This document shows positions 1 through 13,729 of a stretch of DNA of 64,000 bases, piece by piece (positions within the stretch are counted from its first letter, which is position 1; every line of letters begins with the position of its first letter). Position numbers and translations under genes: made by a program. Source of the stretch: Stegostoma tigrinum (Eukaryota); the NCBI RefSeq assembly GCF_030684315.1, contig NC_081387.1, positions 5,498,497 to 5,562,496 of the forward strand. Reading direction: 5' to 3'. The notes under the pieces were generated by a model, which was not told the origin of the DNA, searched no databases, and saw nothing but the letters and a program-made list of their open reading frames with translations.

Positions 1-1110
1 ACAGTGATCAGGACCAGGGGCGCAAGATGCACTGGGAAATAGATAGGGCATGTCAGAAAGGCAAGGTCACAGTGATCATGGGGGTCTTCAATATGCAGGT
101 GGACTGGGTGAATCATGTTGCCGGTGGATCCAAAGAAAGAGAATTCATGGAATGTTTGCAGGATGGCTTTTTGGAACAGCTTGTGATGGAGCCCACAACG
201 GAGCAGGCTATTCTGGACTTAGTGCTACGTAATGAGCCAGACTTTATAAAGAGACCTTAAAGTAAGGGAACACTTAGGAGGCAGCGATCATAATATGGTA
301 GAGTTCAGTCTGCAGTTTGAAAGAGAGAAGGCAAAATCGGATGTAATGGTGTTACAGTTAAATAAAGGTAATTACAGGGGCATGAGAGAGGAATTGACGA
401 AAATCGGCTGGAAGCAGAGCCTAGTGGGAAGATAGTAGAGCAAAAATGGCAGGAATTTCTGGGTGTAATTGAGGACACAGTACAGAGGTTCAACCCAAAG
501 AAAAGAAAGATTATCCGGGGTGGGATTAGACAGCCATGGCTGACAAAGGAAGTCAGGAAATATATCAAAGAAAAAGAGACAGCCTGTAAAGTGGCCAAGA
601 GCACTGGGAAATCAGAAGATTGGGAAGGCTACAAAAACAAACAGAGGATAACAAAGAGAGCAATAAGGAAAGAGAGGATCAAATATGAAGGTGGGCTAGC
701 TAGTAATATTAGAAATGATAGTAAAAGCTTCTTTCAATACATAAGTAACAAATGAGAGGCAAAAGTAGACATTGGGTCTCTCCAAACTGATGCTGGAAGG
801 CTAGTGACGGGAGATAAGGAAATAGCTGAAGAACTTAATAAGTACTTTGCGTCAGTCTTCACAGTGGAAGACATGAGTAGTATGCCAACAATTAGGGAGA
901 GCCGGGGGCAGAGTTGAGTACGGTAGGCATTACAAAAGAGAAAGTGCTAGAAAAACTAAAAGGCCTAAAATTTGATAAATCTCCTGGTCCCGATGGGCTA
1001 CATCCTAGAGTTCTGAGGGAGGTGGCTGAGGAAATAGCAGAGGCTTTGGTTGTGATCTTTCAAAAGTCACTGCAGTCAGGAAAAGTACCAGATGATTGGA
1101 AAATTGCTGT
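1..1110 (+). mobile_element. CR1-clade LINE ORF2 remnant (endonuclease C-terminus to start of RT)
   Basis: IMGVFN..VDW, FLEQLVMEPT..AILDLVL, KSPGPDGLHPRVLREVAEEIAEAL..IFQKSLQSGKVPDDWKIA; frameshifts and stops. Confidence 0.92.
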
Positions 1111-1314
1111 TGAAGTCAGACGGTCATCCATCCGTTTGTTTCCCATGCTCTGACATTATGTATTATGAGACTATTATGCGGCGCATTTTCAAAGCCGTTT
1201 CAAACATCTGGATAAACCACATCTATTACTTTATTGTTCATTATTTGCAACAGTAGTGGTTCTGCCACCGGTCTGTGTGGAACACTCATTTTCATCATTT
1301 GGCAATCTAAATGT

Positions 1315-1465
1315 GATCAGAGATAATGGGAACTGCAGATGCTGGAGAATCCGAGATAACAAAGTGTGAAGCTAGATGAACACAGCAGGCCGAGCAGCAC
1401 CTAAGGTGTGCTCCTAAGATGCTGCTCGGCCTGCTGTATTCATCCAGCTCCACACTTTGATATCT
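1315..1465. mobile_element. Fold-back (palindromic) Penelope-derived short element
   Basis: Head-to-head copies of the GATAATGGGAACTGCAGATGCTGG.. terminus; TAAATGT direct repeat at 1308-1314 and 1466-1472. Confidence 0.75.
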
Positions 1466-1854
1466 TAAATGTCTACAATTTTTGTTTTCTGGTTTGCAGT
1501 TAGCTTACTACCCATTTAGATATTTGTCTCCCATTTCTATATTATTAACCTATATTCTTAATCTATGTGCTATACGTTATCTGTGACATTTCAAATATAT
1601 TGACTTGATTTTAACTCACTTGAACCTACTGTATAAAGTTAAAATCAGGCCCATTGTCAACTGGTGTGCCCTTACTTCCCCCTTCTATTACTTTCTCAAA
1701 ATTATGGAAGTATGTTAAAGCAAGATCTTCCATTTTGAAATCAGTGCAGAGAACTCTATTATGTTTTCAGTTTCTAGCTGTTTTCCTAATTATTCCATTC
1801 CCCAACAGATCCTGCTTCCACCAGTAGTGAAACGGGCATGGAACGTGGCTCATG

Positions 1855-2478
1855 ATTTTATTCACCCCTCATTCTCCTATGTTCCAAGAAGTCCTACCCT
1901 GGCCAATCTCTCCCTATAACTCAGGCCTACTCATCCTGGCAACATCCTCATAAATCTTCATTGCACACTTTCCAGTTTAACTGTGTCTTTCCTAAAAAAG
2001 GATGACGAAAACTGTACACAATATTCCAAGTGCATCCTCAGCAACAATTTATACAACTAACATAACATCCCAACATGTACTCAATGCTTCAACTGATGAA
2101 GGCCAGCATGCTAAATGCCTTCTTCACCAACCTGTCCACTGTGATGCCCCTTTCACCAATCTATGAACTTTTACTCCTAGGTCCCTCTGTTCCACCACAC
2201 TCCTCAGGATCTTACCATTTACTGTATAAGTCCTACCTTGGTTTAACTTTCCAGAGTGCAACACCTCACACTTATCTGTATTGAATTGCCAATCCTCAGC
2301 CCACTTCGCCATCGGATCAAGATTCCTCTGTAATTTTTGATGATCTTCCTCGCTATCAACGATACTTCCTCACTTCGTATCACCCGCAAACTTACTAATC
2401 AGGCCTTGTACATTTGCATCCAGATCATTTGTGTAAATAACAAATAACAAAGGTCACAGCACCGGTCCATGTGGCACG
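1855..2478 (-). mobile_element. CR1 LINE RT fragment
   Basis: KWAEDWQFNTDKCEVLH, EQRDLGV.VH on the minus strand. Confidence 0.88.
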
Positions 2479-2589
2479 GATGTGTGCATCTACATTCTGA
2501 AGAAGGGTCTAGGCTCGAAACGTCAGCCTTCCTGCTCCTCTGATGCTTCTTGGCCCGCTGTGATCATCCAGCTCTACACCTTGTTATCT

Positions 2590-4000
2590 AAGAGTTTTCC
2601 CCAACTCAGTGATGAAATGCTCATTGGTTTTTTTAGTAGTTTGTAACTATATCCTATATGGGTGTTATAATGACCATAGTTAAGTGACTGGTAATCCCTG
2701 GTAAATGTTGTATTTACCACAGTTTTTTTTAGTGTGTTTACATACACTGCTATTTTACATGTAAAATAATCAGAGGGTTAGATCGGATGGATAGGGAGAG
2801 CCTTTTTCCTAGGATGGTGATGGCGAGCACGAGGGGGCATAGCTTTAAATTGAAGGGTGAAAGACATAGGACAGATGTCAGAGGTAGTTTCTTTACTCAG
2901 AGGAATGGAATGCTTTGCCTGCAACGGTAGTAGATTTGCCAACTTTAGGTACATTTAAGGCGTCATTGGATAAGCATATGGACGTACATGGAATAGTGTA
3001 GGTTAGATGGCCTTGAGATCGGTATGACAGTTTGGCACAACATTGAGGGCCAAAGGGCCTGTACTGTGCTGTAATGTTCTATGGTCAATGTTCTAACTAA
3101 ATTCCACTGACATATTTGCTGTAGTTGAGCAACTGGATCCTCATCATTCAGGTTCATATTGTCAGTGGTTTAGTGACTTGCTGCTTACATTTCTTATAGT
3201 TAATTCACAAAGTCCTCACTATTGTGCTTTATATTTACACTGGTTTAATGATTGGATTCTCATTGTTGTATTGGATTTTTGGTGATTTAATGTTAGATCA
3301 TCATCTGTGACCATAATATTTGAAGAATTAAACCTGCATTTAATGTACTGGTTTTCACAACGTCCTGATGGCTCAAAGTGCTGTACAATCAATTAAAATA
3401 TTTTTCCAAGGGTGGTTAGTATTATAATGAAAGAAATATGAAGCTAATTTGCAATGATCAAAATCTTACATTGCCAGTTAAATAACAAACGGATAATCCA
3501 TCTTTGAGATGTTGATATTTATGGTGATTCATTACTAGATCCTCAACTGGTGTAACTAACATTGTTTATTGACTGAAACCATTCATAAATGTTGTGTTTC
3601 TAATAGTTTACTGATTATACCCTGTCCGGTATATTATGTTTACTTTAGTAACATCATCTTCACCAGAGTGTTTTCCATTTGGTATTATTTATCAATTCTA
3701 TTTAAGGGAATGTTAAATTCGAGACTGAATCATCAGTGATTTGTGTTATTTTTATAGCAGCTTAGTGACACGAGTCTCATTGATATAAGATTCTTTCCTG
3801 TAGTTTAGATGCTGGATCCTCACTGATCGTTGTAATATTACTGCTCTCTAGTGACAAGAATCTGACTGATGAATGTTATATTTACTCGAGTTTTATGACT
3901 GGAGCTTCACTGTGTGTGTTATATGTATAATGGTTTAATGATGGGATTCTCTCTGGGATTACGTTTATTGCTGTTTAAACACTGGATCCTCACAGCTAAT
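2590..4000. repeat. Old degenerate minisatellite, unit about 43 bp, interrupted by LINE/SINE pieces
   Basis: Recurrent ..GTTTA(A/G)TGACTGGATCCTCACTG..TGTTATATTTA..; core at about 3811, 3854, 3898, 3941, 3981. Confidence 0.6.
2772..3095 (+). mobile_element. CR1 LINE 3' end (young subfamily)
   Basis: RGHSFKLKG-coding tail and ATGTTCT terminal repeats; near-identical copy at 32248-32508. Confidence 0.88.
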
Positions 4001-5169
4001 TAAACGTCTAACAGCGGCTTGATGAATGAGCAGAACACAGGCCAATCTTTAATCAGTTTACTTTTATTCACAAAGTGAAACTTTACAGTTCAAATATTTG
4101 TCCTACTCACTATCACAGTGCCAGTAAGTGTCTTTTCATAGTTCATGTCAATCAGAGCCTGAGAAGGTTTCATCCAAAGAATTTCTTAAACAGAGAGAGT
4201 TTGGGAAGTGATGATGGTCAAAGGAATCTGGGTGTCCTTGTTCTGTCTAAACATTAGCATGCAGGTGCCGAAAGCAATTGGGAAGGCAAATTGAATGCTT
4301 GCTTTCATTATGAGGGCATTTGAATACAGGAGAGAACATGTCCTGCTGCAGTTGGGTTGAGCCTTGATGAGATATACCTACAGTGTGTAGTTTGGTTTAC
4401 TAGCAGAGAAGACTTCAATAATCTGATGTGCCCTGATGCCTCTGCAGTAGTCACAGGGGAGAATTCTATGTTCGGCTCATTCTGATATTTGATTTTAAGT
4501 GACCCTTTCAGGCAGAGTATATTGTCATAATTGGCATATTGCTTTTAATTCCTTGTCCCTTTATCTCAAGAAACAGTTTATTTTGGAAAGAGTTATTGCT
4601 GATTATTTCAACCCATGCACAGCTATTCATTTTCAGTATCTCACAGGTTCAGGTCTTACCTGCTCTAGAAGTGTGTAGTAACAACTTCAGTCATGTTGAT
4701 TAGTCAAAATCCATACATGAGGTGCAGACTGATGCAGTGTTTGAGGCAGCAAGAAAAAACATCACCCCAGGAATCTGGTGGTACAATTATATTTAGACGA
4801 AGAAGCACCAGCATTAATACAAACTGAAGGCTCCCAGCTCCTGAATAGTTGGGTAATAGTGAGGCAATTAGTAAAAGATCTCCAAATTGAAAAGAAGAAT
4901 TTCTGAAGAAGGGTCTAGACCCGGAATGTCAGCTTTCCTGTTCCTGTGATGCTGCTTTGCCTGCTGTGTTCATCCAGCTCCACACTTCGTTATCTCAGAC
5001 TCCACCATTGGCAGTTCCTACTATTTCTATATAGAGGATTGCTCCAAACTGTTATTTGTGTGCGATATGAATGCTGACAAGTTACGTTACTAAGAACCTG
5101 TTTAGTTTTTGATATTTCCCGTACAGATTCACTGGGACAATGACCAGTGGATCTAACCACAGCAGGGGT

Positions 5170-7200
5170 CATCATTTCTGTGGTCATGCAATAACAGAAA
5201 CACAGAGATACTGATGAGGAGCTGATGAACCAGCAAGTTCTGCACCAAGATCAAGCCCCAGTGGCTCCTCCATTTGAAGGAGTCTCAGCCAAAGGTCCAT
5301 TCAGGATGCAAAAGAGGGATAGAGCACCCAGTGTGTATCAGCTTTTGAACAAGTTGGTGGCGAGTAGCAGGGTTGTGTGTGGGTCCTGAGCTTGTCCGCT
5401 TCTGTCTGCTTTCTTTCTTTTTTGGCTGTCTTAACATCTGCTCTTTTCCTTTGTTTTCATTTTTTTTGCCTTGTTTACTTTAATGCCTTTTGTGGCAGGT
5501 TAATTGGTGGCGGTGGCATAGCAGCGAGAGTGGGCAGTGTGCAGCATGGCAGAAAGGCGTCCTGGCAGTCAGAGGCTGCAGTGGCTGAAATGGCTCCCCC
5601 TGGCAATTGGAGGGAGCAGCTACAGCAAGGATGTCCCCCCAGCATTTGGGGCCAACGGTGGCAAAAACGCCTCTAGTGATTAGAGGTGGCTTCACCTGGC
5701 TGCCCCTGGTGATCAATACAAGGCTCGCGGGCTGACCAAGTCCTTAGGCTGTGGCTAGGCCTGGGTGCCTGCACTGGCAGTTCCAAACGTCTTAGTGGAG
5801 GTAAGACTTTAATATCTGGATGTTTTTCTTCCCCCTTGGTTTCCTTTTATTTCTGCTGTTGTCTTTTTAATATTCTGGTTTTTTAACCAAGATGGTGTCG
5901 GGGAAGAGTGACTTTGCACACTTTTCACCATACTTGTGTTTTCCTATAGTTGAATACACGTGACAGTGAAAATGTAATTCTAAGTCTAATTTTAAAAAAG
6001 AATTCCTCCAGATGGGCCAGACACCTTACCATCTCAGGCTAAGAATGGCCGAGGACTCAGAAGCAGAACAATGTCATCTGCTGTAGCAGGCCTACAACCA
6101 GAAGGACTGGATGACCACCCAGGTGACCAATATAGTGAATGTTTATTGCAACTGGCTCCTTCCAAGGATCCACTGAAGACTTTAGTTGGATCTATCAATC
6201 ATTAATTACTGTGTGCAATTCTGGTCTTGCTGCTATGGGAAGGATGTTGTGAAACTTGAAAGGGTTCAGAAAAGATTTACAAAGGATGTTGCCAGGGTCG
6301 GAGGGTTTAAGCTGGAGGCTGTTTTCCTTGAAGCATTGGAGGCTGTGGGGTGGCCTTATAGAGGTTTATAAAATCATGAGCGGCATGGATAGGGTAAATA
6401 TACAAGGTCTTTTCCATGGGAGTGGGGGAGTCAAAAACTAGAGATCGTAGTTTTAAGATGAGAGGGAAAAGATTTAAAAGGGACCTAAGGGGCAAAGTTT
6501 TCACACAGAGTGATGTGTGTATGGAATGAGCTGCCAGAGGAAGTGGTGGAGGCTGGTACAGTTACAACATTTAAAAGGCATCAGGATGGGTACATGAATA
6601 GGAAGAGTTTAGAGGGATGTGGGCCAAATGCTGGCAAAAGGGACTGGGTTTATCTAAGATATCTAGTCAGCATGGACGAGTTGGACCGAAGGGTCTGTTT
6701 TTGTACTGTACATCCCTATGACGGTAACATATCAAGGCTGTTGACTTTGTGCCAGATAACACTGTTTTATCTCGTTTCCCTGTGACAAGGTCAGTTTTGT
6801 AGCCCAGGCAGTAGGCTTTGTCAACAGAGCAGGCTTCTCCCAGCTGCAGAGTGTGATAGACTGTACACCTGTTTTGTTAAGAGCGCCCTTTCGAAACACA
6901 ACTAACTCTATCAACAGAAAAGGGCAACGCGCCTGTTGTCTGTGATCATCAGTATTTCAACTCAGTCTGTGCTAACTACCTTGGACGCTTCCAGGATGCC
7001 TTTCTCCTTGAGAATGCTGCTTAAAGGCCAGGTGTATTATGAGGATGATTGCTAGATGCAAGGGTTACTGTCTGCAACAATGCCTGGTGATTCCAAGGGT
7101 AGATACAATGCAGCCCAGGGTTATCAGAGAGTAGACAGTTGGCCTCCTGAGGATGTAGCTCTTGAGCTTCGATGGAGGGAACCTTACAGTCCAGTCCAGA
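5170..7200 (+). mobile_element. PIF/Harbinger DNA transposon transposase remnant, interrupted by insertions at about 5345-5995 and 6203-6722
   Basis: Degenerate motifs ATGSFQG (about 6148), AGFSQLQSVIDCTPVLLRAP..SINRKG (6830-6925) and a GDKGYPL..W-like segment (about 7050), matching HARBI1-type DDE nucleases. Confidence 0.8.
6203..6722 (+). mobile_element. CR1 LINE 3' fragment
   Basis: YCVQFWS..KDVVKLERVQKRFT, WNELPEEVVEAGT. Confidence 0.92.
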
Positions 7201-7374
7201 CAAAATATGTTACATAATCCTAGTATACAGTGCTGTGGAGCAAGCAATAAAGATGTGATGGATGCTGAAGAGCTGGAAAAATGGTATCAGGCTTTCAAAG
7301 AATAAAGTGAGGACATTGTACATAATTAATCACCTTCAGCATGATAGAGTAGTACAACAGTGAGTACAACAGGG

Positions 7375-7680
7375 AAGAGATGGGCTAGTGGTACTATTAC
7401 TTGACTATTAATCCAGAGACCAAGGAAACGTACTGAGGATCGGGGTTTGAATCTTGCTACGACAGCTGATGGCATTTCAATTCAATTTTTAAAAATAATC
7501 TGGAATTAGGAGTTTAATGATGACCACAAATCTATTAGCGATTGTTGGGAAAATCTGCCTTTTATTGAAGGAAACTACCATCCTTACCTGGTCTCATCTG
7601 TATATTACTCCAGACTCTCAGTAATGTGGTAGGCTCTTAACTGCCCTCTGGGCAATTAGGGATAGGCAATAAATAAAAGC
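7375..7680 (+). mobile_element. tRNA-derived SINE (related copies at 32790-33120 + and 57205-57530 -)
   Basis: Box A/B-like head (GGCTAGTGG..GGTTTGAATC), shared body, A-rich tail. Confidence 0.65.
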
Positions 7681-8619
7681 CAATAATAAAAATAAAATGT
7701 CAGATAATATTTAATTTGCACCTGATTCCAATGGATATGAACTGGATGCAGTGATCATTTATTGACTAAATTTTGTAGTTGATTAAAAGGTCAAGCAATC
7801 CCTGTTTGCTCCCACAAGCAGATACAGCTGCTTTTGTTTTTTTTCGGTCACCTTTGTTGTTGTTCAATAAAAGTTAATGTTTTCAACCACTTTGAGGCTT
7901 TCCAGTATGAGATGCTGGTATATTGAACAATAGCAAGATGTTTTGCTGGGCATTAAGGTCAGAGTAGCATTCCCTAATGAAATAGGTGATGCATTGGTTT
8001 TAATTTTTTAAAAAATTTCTTATAGTCAGGAAATGTTCTATCAGATTGCAAAATAGCAAATGGAACTCAGAAATGAAAAGTAGGAGACAACAGGGTTGTA
8101 AGATGGCACGGCACTAAGATTGGGTAACTTGCATAGAACTGACGATGTAAAGGTTAACAATCCATTTATGACTGTGAACTCGTATTTCCAGTGATTTGTC
8201 ACCTGTGCTCTCAGAAGCTTTTCCTCTTATTTCCCTCCCACTAGGGATACGCTGAAGGGCTATTTGTGGCTGGAAGCAATTGAACGATAAATATGGCACT
8301 GGTAGTGGGCATCACAGCAGTGGCATGTACTTCTGCCACTGATGAGCTGTGGCATACACATATTGAGATGAACAGCCTAAATTGCATGAGACAACTCACA
8401 TGAGCTCATGGAGAGAAACTCTCTCTGTAAACTCTACATGAAGCAGCAACTGCAGGAAGGAGTAGAAAAACAGAAAAGTTAATCAAAGAGAATTCTGAAT
8501 TCAAAATTTTAAAGTTTAAACCTTGGATTCAGGCTTTGCTTGGGTGGGTGCTTGTTGCAGCAAACCTAAGTACAGGCTAAACTCAAAGACTTACATTGAT
8601 CCAATGCTGATACACCGTT

Positions 8620-9020
8620 AGAAAGCTCAGAGTTATACAGCACAGCAACAGACATCTGAGCCCAACCAGTCCATGCTGAATATAATCCCAAACTTAACTA
8701 GTCCCATCTACCAACTGCTGGCCCATACCCCTCCTAACATTTCTTATTCATCTACTTACCTAAGTGTCGTTTAAACTTTGTAACTGTGCCTGTATCCACC
8801 ACTTCCTCAGGTAGTTCATTCCACACACGAACCACCTTCTGTGCAGAAAAAACTTGCCCCTCATGTCTCTTTTAAATTTCTCTCCTCTCACCCTGAAAAT
8901 ATGCCCCATAGTCTTGAAAATCTGCCATCCAAGGGAAAGACACCTATTACTAACCCTATCTATACTCATAATTTTATAAACCTCTGTAAGGTCACCTGCT
9001 AAACACCAGTGGAAAAAGTC
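8620..9020 (-). mobile_element. CR1 LINE 3' fragment
   Basis: GHIFRVRGEKFKRDMRGKFF on the minus strand. Confidence 0.88.
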
Positions 9021-11989
9021 TGACAGATTTCAAGTGGCCTGTTGTCTCCTACTTTTCATTTCTGAGTTCCATTTGCTATTTTGCAATCTGATAGAACATT
9101 TCCTGACTATAAGAAATTTAAAAAAATTAAAACCAATGCATCAACTATTTCATTAGCCAACTACCTTATCGAGTCTCTCAGTGCTGCATGCTGTGTCAGA
9201 TGGGAGAAAATGACAGCAGGGCTCAACTCCATTCATTCCACTCAGAAGTGTTGAAGTTTATTTCATCAATACACTTTGACCAAAGTTAGTCAACCTGAAT
9301 CAAGTTGCTGGTCAACTTAGATGGTCAGAGTGTGATGCTAATAATGCCAAGACCACGTGCTCAATCCCTATCCTAGCCAACATCCAGCAGTGGTGATGTT
9401 GATAGACTAACAAACCAGAGTACCAGGTTAACATTTTGACGAATAGGAGTTTGGATCCTACCATGGCAGAAATTGGAATTGAACACGTGAAAAAAAAAAC
9501 TAGTCTATTGATGATCATTGTAAAAAACTTGTATCAGCTCTCTGATGAAGGGTCTAAGCCCGAAACATCAGCTTTTGTGCTCCTGAGATGCTGCTTGGCC
9601 TGCTGTGTTCATCCAGCTTCAGACTTTGTTAGATCAGATTCACTAACGTCCTTTAGTGTCCTAAGGCTGCAGACTGTTATTAAATACATTGAAAATGGTT
9701 TTGAAAAGAACCTGAGCTAAGGCATAGTGTTACTGAACCTTGCAGCTACAATATGGTGTGAAACAGTGGTCTACTCCGAAAACTGTCCAGAGAGTGAATC
9801 CAACCATTGTTGACTTTGTTATTGAAACGCTCCTTCATACTTGAGATGACTTAGGGGAGAAGTTCATATAGGGGAGAGGTGCATGCAGAAGACTGGCCAA
9901 CAGGCTCTGACAAGTCTCACTGAAACCCCAACACAGTTCAACATTTGTAGAAATGTTCTCCCAACAATCACTCCTGCAACAAGTACATCTATGCACCAAT
10001 GGCCTAGTGGTATTATTGCTGGACTTGCTTTGAACAGACTCCTAAAAAAGACATTACAAAGTGACAGACTCATTAGGAACTAATCTGGCAAAACTTTTAT
10101 TTCATTATTTCAATGAGGAAGTCCAAAACTGCAAATAATACTTCAGGCGTGGTATCACAAATCCTCCAGATGATTGCCGTATCGTTACCTCCATATTCAA
10201 ATCTTCTTGTAATATAAGGCAACATGCTTACTGTATCTAGATATTAACTTACACTGACTCAAATCCTTTGATAGATCAACTCATGCCAGCCTCTCTTCTT
10301 TTAAGAAATATTGGTGTTAATGTTTCAGATAAAAGGGACTGACTGTATTGTAACCAAATTTGCTAGTGATACAAAGATAGGGGAAAAAAAACTTCAAAAG
10401 GATAAAGAAAGGTTGAATGTGTGGACAAAGAATGAGATGGGGGAAAAAGAAGCTTTTACAGATGGAGGTTAATGTGGAAGTGTACAGGTTGGTAAGAAGA
10501 ATAGAAATGTAGAATATCATCTAAATGTGGAGAGACCCCAGAATGAGGAATAGAACAACATAGAACAATACAACGCAGAACAGGCCCTTCGGCCCTCAAT
10601 GTTGCGCCAACTTGTGAACTAATCTAAGCCCCTCCCCCTACACTATCCCATCATTGTCCAAGGAATTGTAGCCTGCGTAGAGGAGTATATCGAAGGCAAC
10701 AAGATTAAAAATCACTCAGAGGATCTTGTGAGATGCATACAATGGAGTCTATTAAAGCAATAGCAAAAGCAGCTATTTGTATGGGGTAAAAATTTCAAAG
10801 ATCTAAAACCTTTTGAGTAAAGAAATTTCTCAGCCATCTCTCTTACCTGGAGGCTGTGGCCCTAATTTAAGCCATACTTCAAATTATCTCAACTGCATAT
10901 TTGAACACACTTAGCATCAAGAGTACAATAATCCACTGTCAACCAGCTGTGGGTCACAAAAGACAATGCACAGCAGCCAGAAAAGTGCACTGTATATTCT
11001 TTTATATCACTGCAAGCACAGACTTCAACAAACAAATTATCCACCTATCATTTTTCTCCTAGTTGTAATTCATTTTAAATTTACCATGTGACAGTATCAG
11101 TGAAACTGAATGTTGACGATGTCTACCGGATGATTTCAGTTGTGTAGATAGCCAAAGTAGAATCTCCTTTTAAATGAAGATTAAACACTCATTCTACTGC
11201 TTCAGCAAGCTGTATTAAAATGGCTACTTCTGCTGATTTCATTTTCCGCAATTCCATAAGGGATCTCTGCAATATTCTTGCACCAGCGTAAAGAGAACTG
11301 AGGGGGATCCAGACATAAGACCATAAGACATAGGAGTGGAAGTAAGGCCATTCGGCCCATCAAGTCCACTCCACCATTTAAATCATGGCTGATGGACATT
11401 TCAACTCCACTTCCCTGCACTCTCCCCATAGCCCTTGATTCCTTGTGAGATCAAGAATTTGTCAATCTCTGCCTTGAAGGCATCTAACGTCCCGAACATA
11501 TTTGATGTTACATTTAAAACAGCCAGCAGGAAAATATTCTCAAATTGAGGGGGCCGGAAGGACTAAATATTTCCAAGGCAAGATTTCTCACAATATGTAC
11601 TAATAATATCAGCATGATCTTTTTCCAAACCAACTCAAAAGATTAGAAAACTTTGAAGACAATTGAATTATGCTCAAAGCCATTCACAATGGGGTAACCT
11701 CAATCTTTTACTCAAGGTGAGTTTATAAAGGAAATCAGGCTACATTTACAGATCACTCGGAGTTTCCCGGAAATGTGCTAATAAGGTAAGACCATTTAAA
11801 AAAAAGTTATGCTCATTTGCTTGTCCATGCAACCACACACCTAACATTTTAGGTAGAAAAATACATGTAAATTAGTATGAAACCCATAAATAAAAATCAA
11901 ACATTACTGCACAAAATAAAACATCACAGTGCGAGGAAGTGGGGGGGGGGGGCACTGCACATTGGTTTGGATAGGCTAGCTAGAAAATT

Positions 11990-13320
11990 TAAAAAAAATT
12001 TCAATGCAGACAGACACTGCAGAATGCCATATTGTAGATTGTAGGTATTGAAGTGATTAGGAAGACAAATGGAATGCTGCAATTGTTCCAATCTGTTGGA
12101 ATATAAATAAAAGGAAGTCTTATAACAATTGTGGAGATGTTGGTGAAACCAGACTGGTGGTACTGTACAATTTTGACCACCTTATTTAAAGACAGATACA
12201 CTTGCATTGGTACATTTCAGAAAATGTTGACTGGGTTGATACCGGAGAAGAAGAGCCGATGTATGAGCTAAGGTTTTGAGGTAAACCCATTGAAGTTTAG
12301 AAGAATGACAGATCAACATGTTGAAACATATGAGATCCTGTGGATTTTGGAAGATCATTTGCTCTTGTGAGTGAATATAGAACTAGGGGGCATAGTTTTA
12401 AAATAAGAGGTCAATCATTATAAAGGCAATGGGCGAAAGAATTTTTGATTCAGAATGTTGTTTGTCTGTAGAATTCTCTTTCTCAAAGAGTGCTAAAGGC
12501 AGGGTCATTGAATATTTTTAAGGCTACATTAGATAAATTATTGACTGAAAAGTGAGATCAGCGATTATTTTATCAAAGCACAGAGGGGCACAAATCGCCT
12601 ACTATTGGCCCTAATTTTTGTGCTTGAATGTTCATATTTTAATTTGCATCTGCACTGTGTACATATCCTCTAAGACCATCTGTTCAGAATCTTGCCACTT
12701 AATGTGTATTCCCTTATTTTGTTTGCCTTTCCAAAACACATCATCACACTTCTCCATAGCGAACTCCACTTGTCACAGTACCACCAAATTAAGTATCTTC
12801 CTCAAATCTACACTTATGTACTTCACAAAACATCTGCCACCTTCTTAATCTTAGCGCCTACTTTCATGATCATTGATATACACCAGAAAAGGTGCCTAGT
12901 TCCCAAGCCCTGTGAAGCCCCACAACAAACAGGCTTCACTCATCACCTTCCTGCCACTCAGCCAGATCTGGATCCAATTAGCTAAATTTTCTTGCATCCC
13001 ATGGGCACCTACTTTTGCTATCATTCTTCCATGCAGGAACTTATCCAAAGCCTTTCTGAAGTCTAAGTAGACTATGTCAAATGTATAACACAACTACACA
13101 CCTGGCCAGCTCTTTGAAAAATTTAATCAAGTTCGTCAGACATAACCTCCCCTTGACAAAACCATCCTGACTGTTCTCGATTACTCCCTTCCTCTCCTAT
13201 TGCCGACTAATTCTCTCCCTCAGAATTGCTTCCAATAGTTAACCCAACATTGAAGTTACACTGACAGTCTCTGGTTTCCTTCCTTATCCCTTGGTCCCTT
13301 CTTGAACAGTGGTACCTGTT
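11990..13320. mobile_element. Two degraded CR1 fragments (11990-12630 +, 12700-13320 -)
   Basis: Degenerate CR1 3' coding sequence on +; DIVYLDFRKALDK on -. Confidence 0.8.
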
Positions 13321-13473
13321 TCCCAAACCTTCCACATAATCTCAATACTTTCTCCCTTTTGTTTCCAAATATTCTTCCAACTATACTTGCTGCTGATCAG
13401 ATCAGTGAATCTATTAGTGTGTAGGATAGCTTTGATATGCCCTGTGCCAGCATCAAGGTTACACAGTGAGCAG

Positions 13474-13690
13474 TGATAATGGGAACTGCAGATGCTGGAG
13501 AATCCAAGATAACAAAGTGTGGAGCTGGATGAACACAGCGGCCAAGCAGCATCTCAGGAACACAAAAGCTGATATTTTGGGCTTAGACCCTTCATCAGGG
13601 AGAAGGGTCTAGGCCCGAAACGTCAGCTTTTGTGCTCCTGAGATACTGCTGGGCATGCTGTGTTCATCCAGCTCCACACTTTGTTGTCAT
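13474..13690. mobile_element. Fold-back Penelope-derived element with 11-bp TSD
   Basis: Inverted arms meeting at the hammerhead-like motif; ACAGTGAGCAG at 13463-13473 and 13691-13701. Confidence 0.85.
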
Positions 13691-13729
13691 ACAGTGAGCA
13701 GATGGCTCAAGCTCTATTCATGAAATTGC

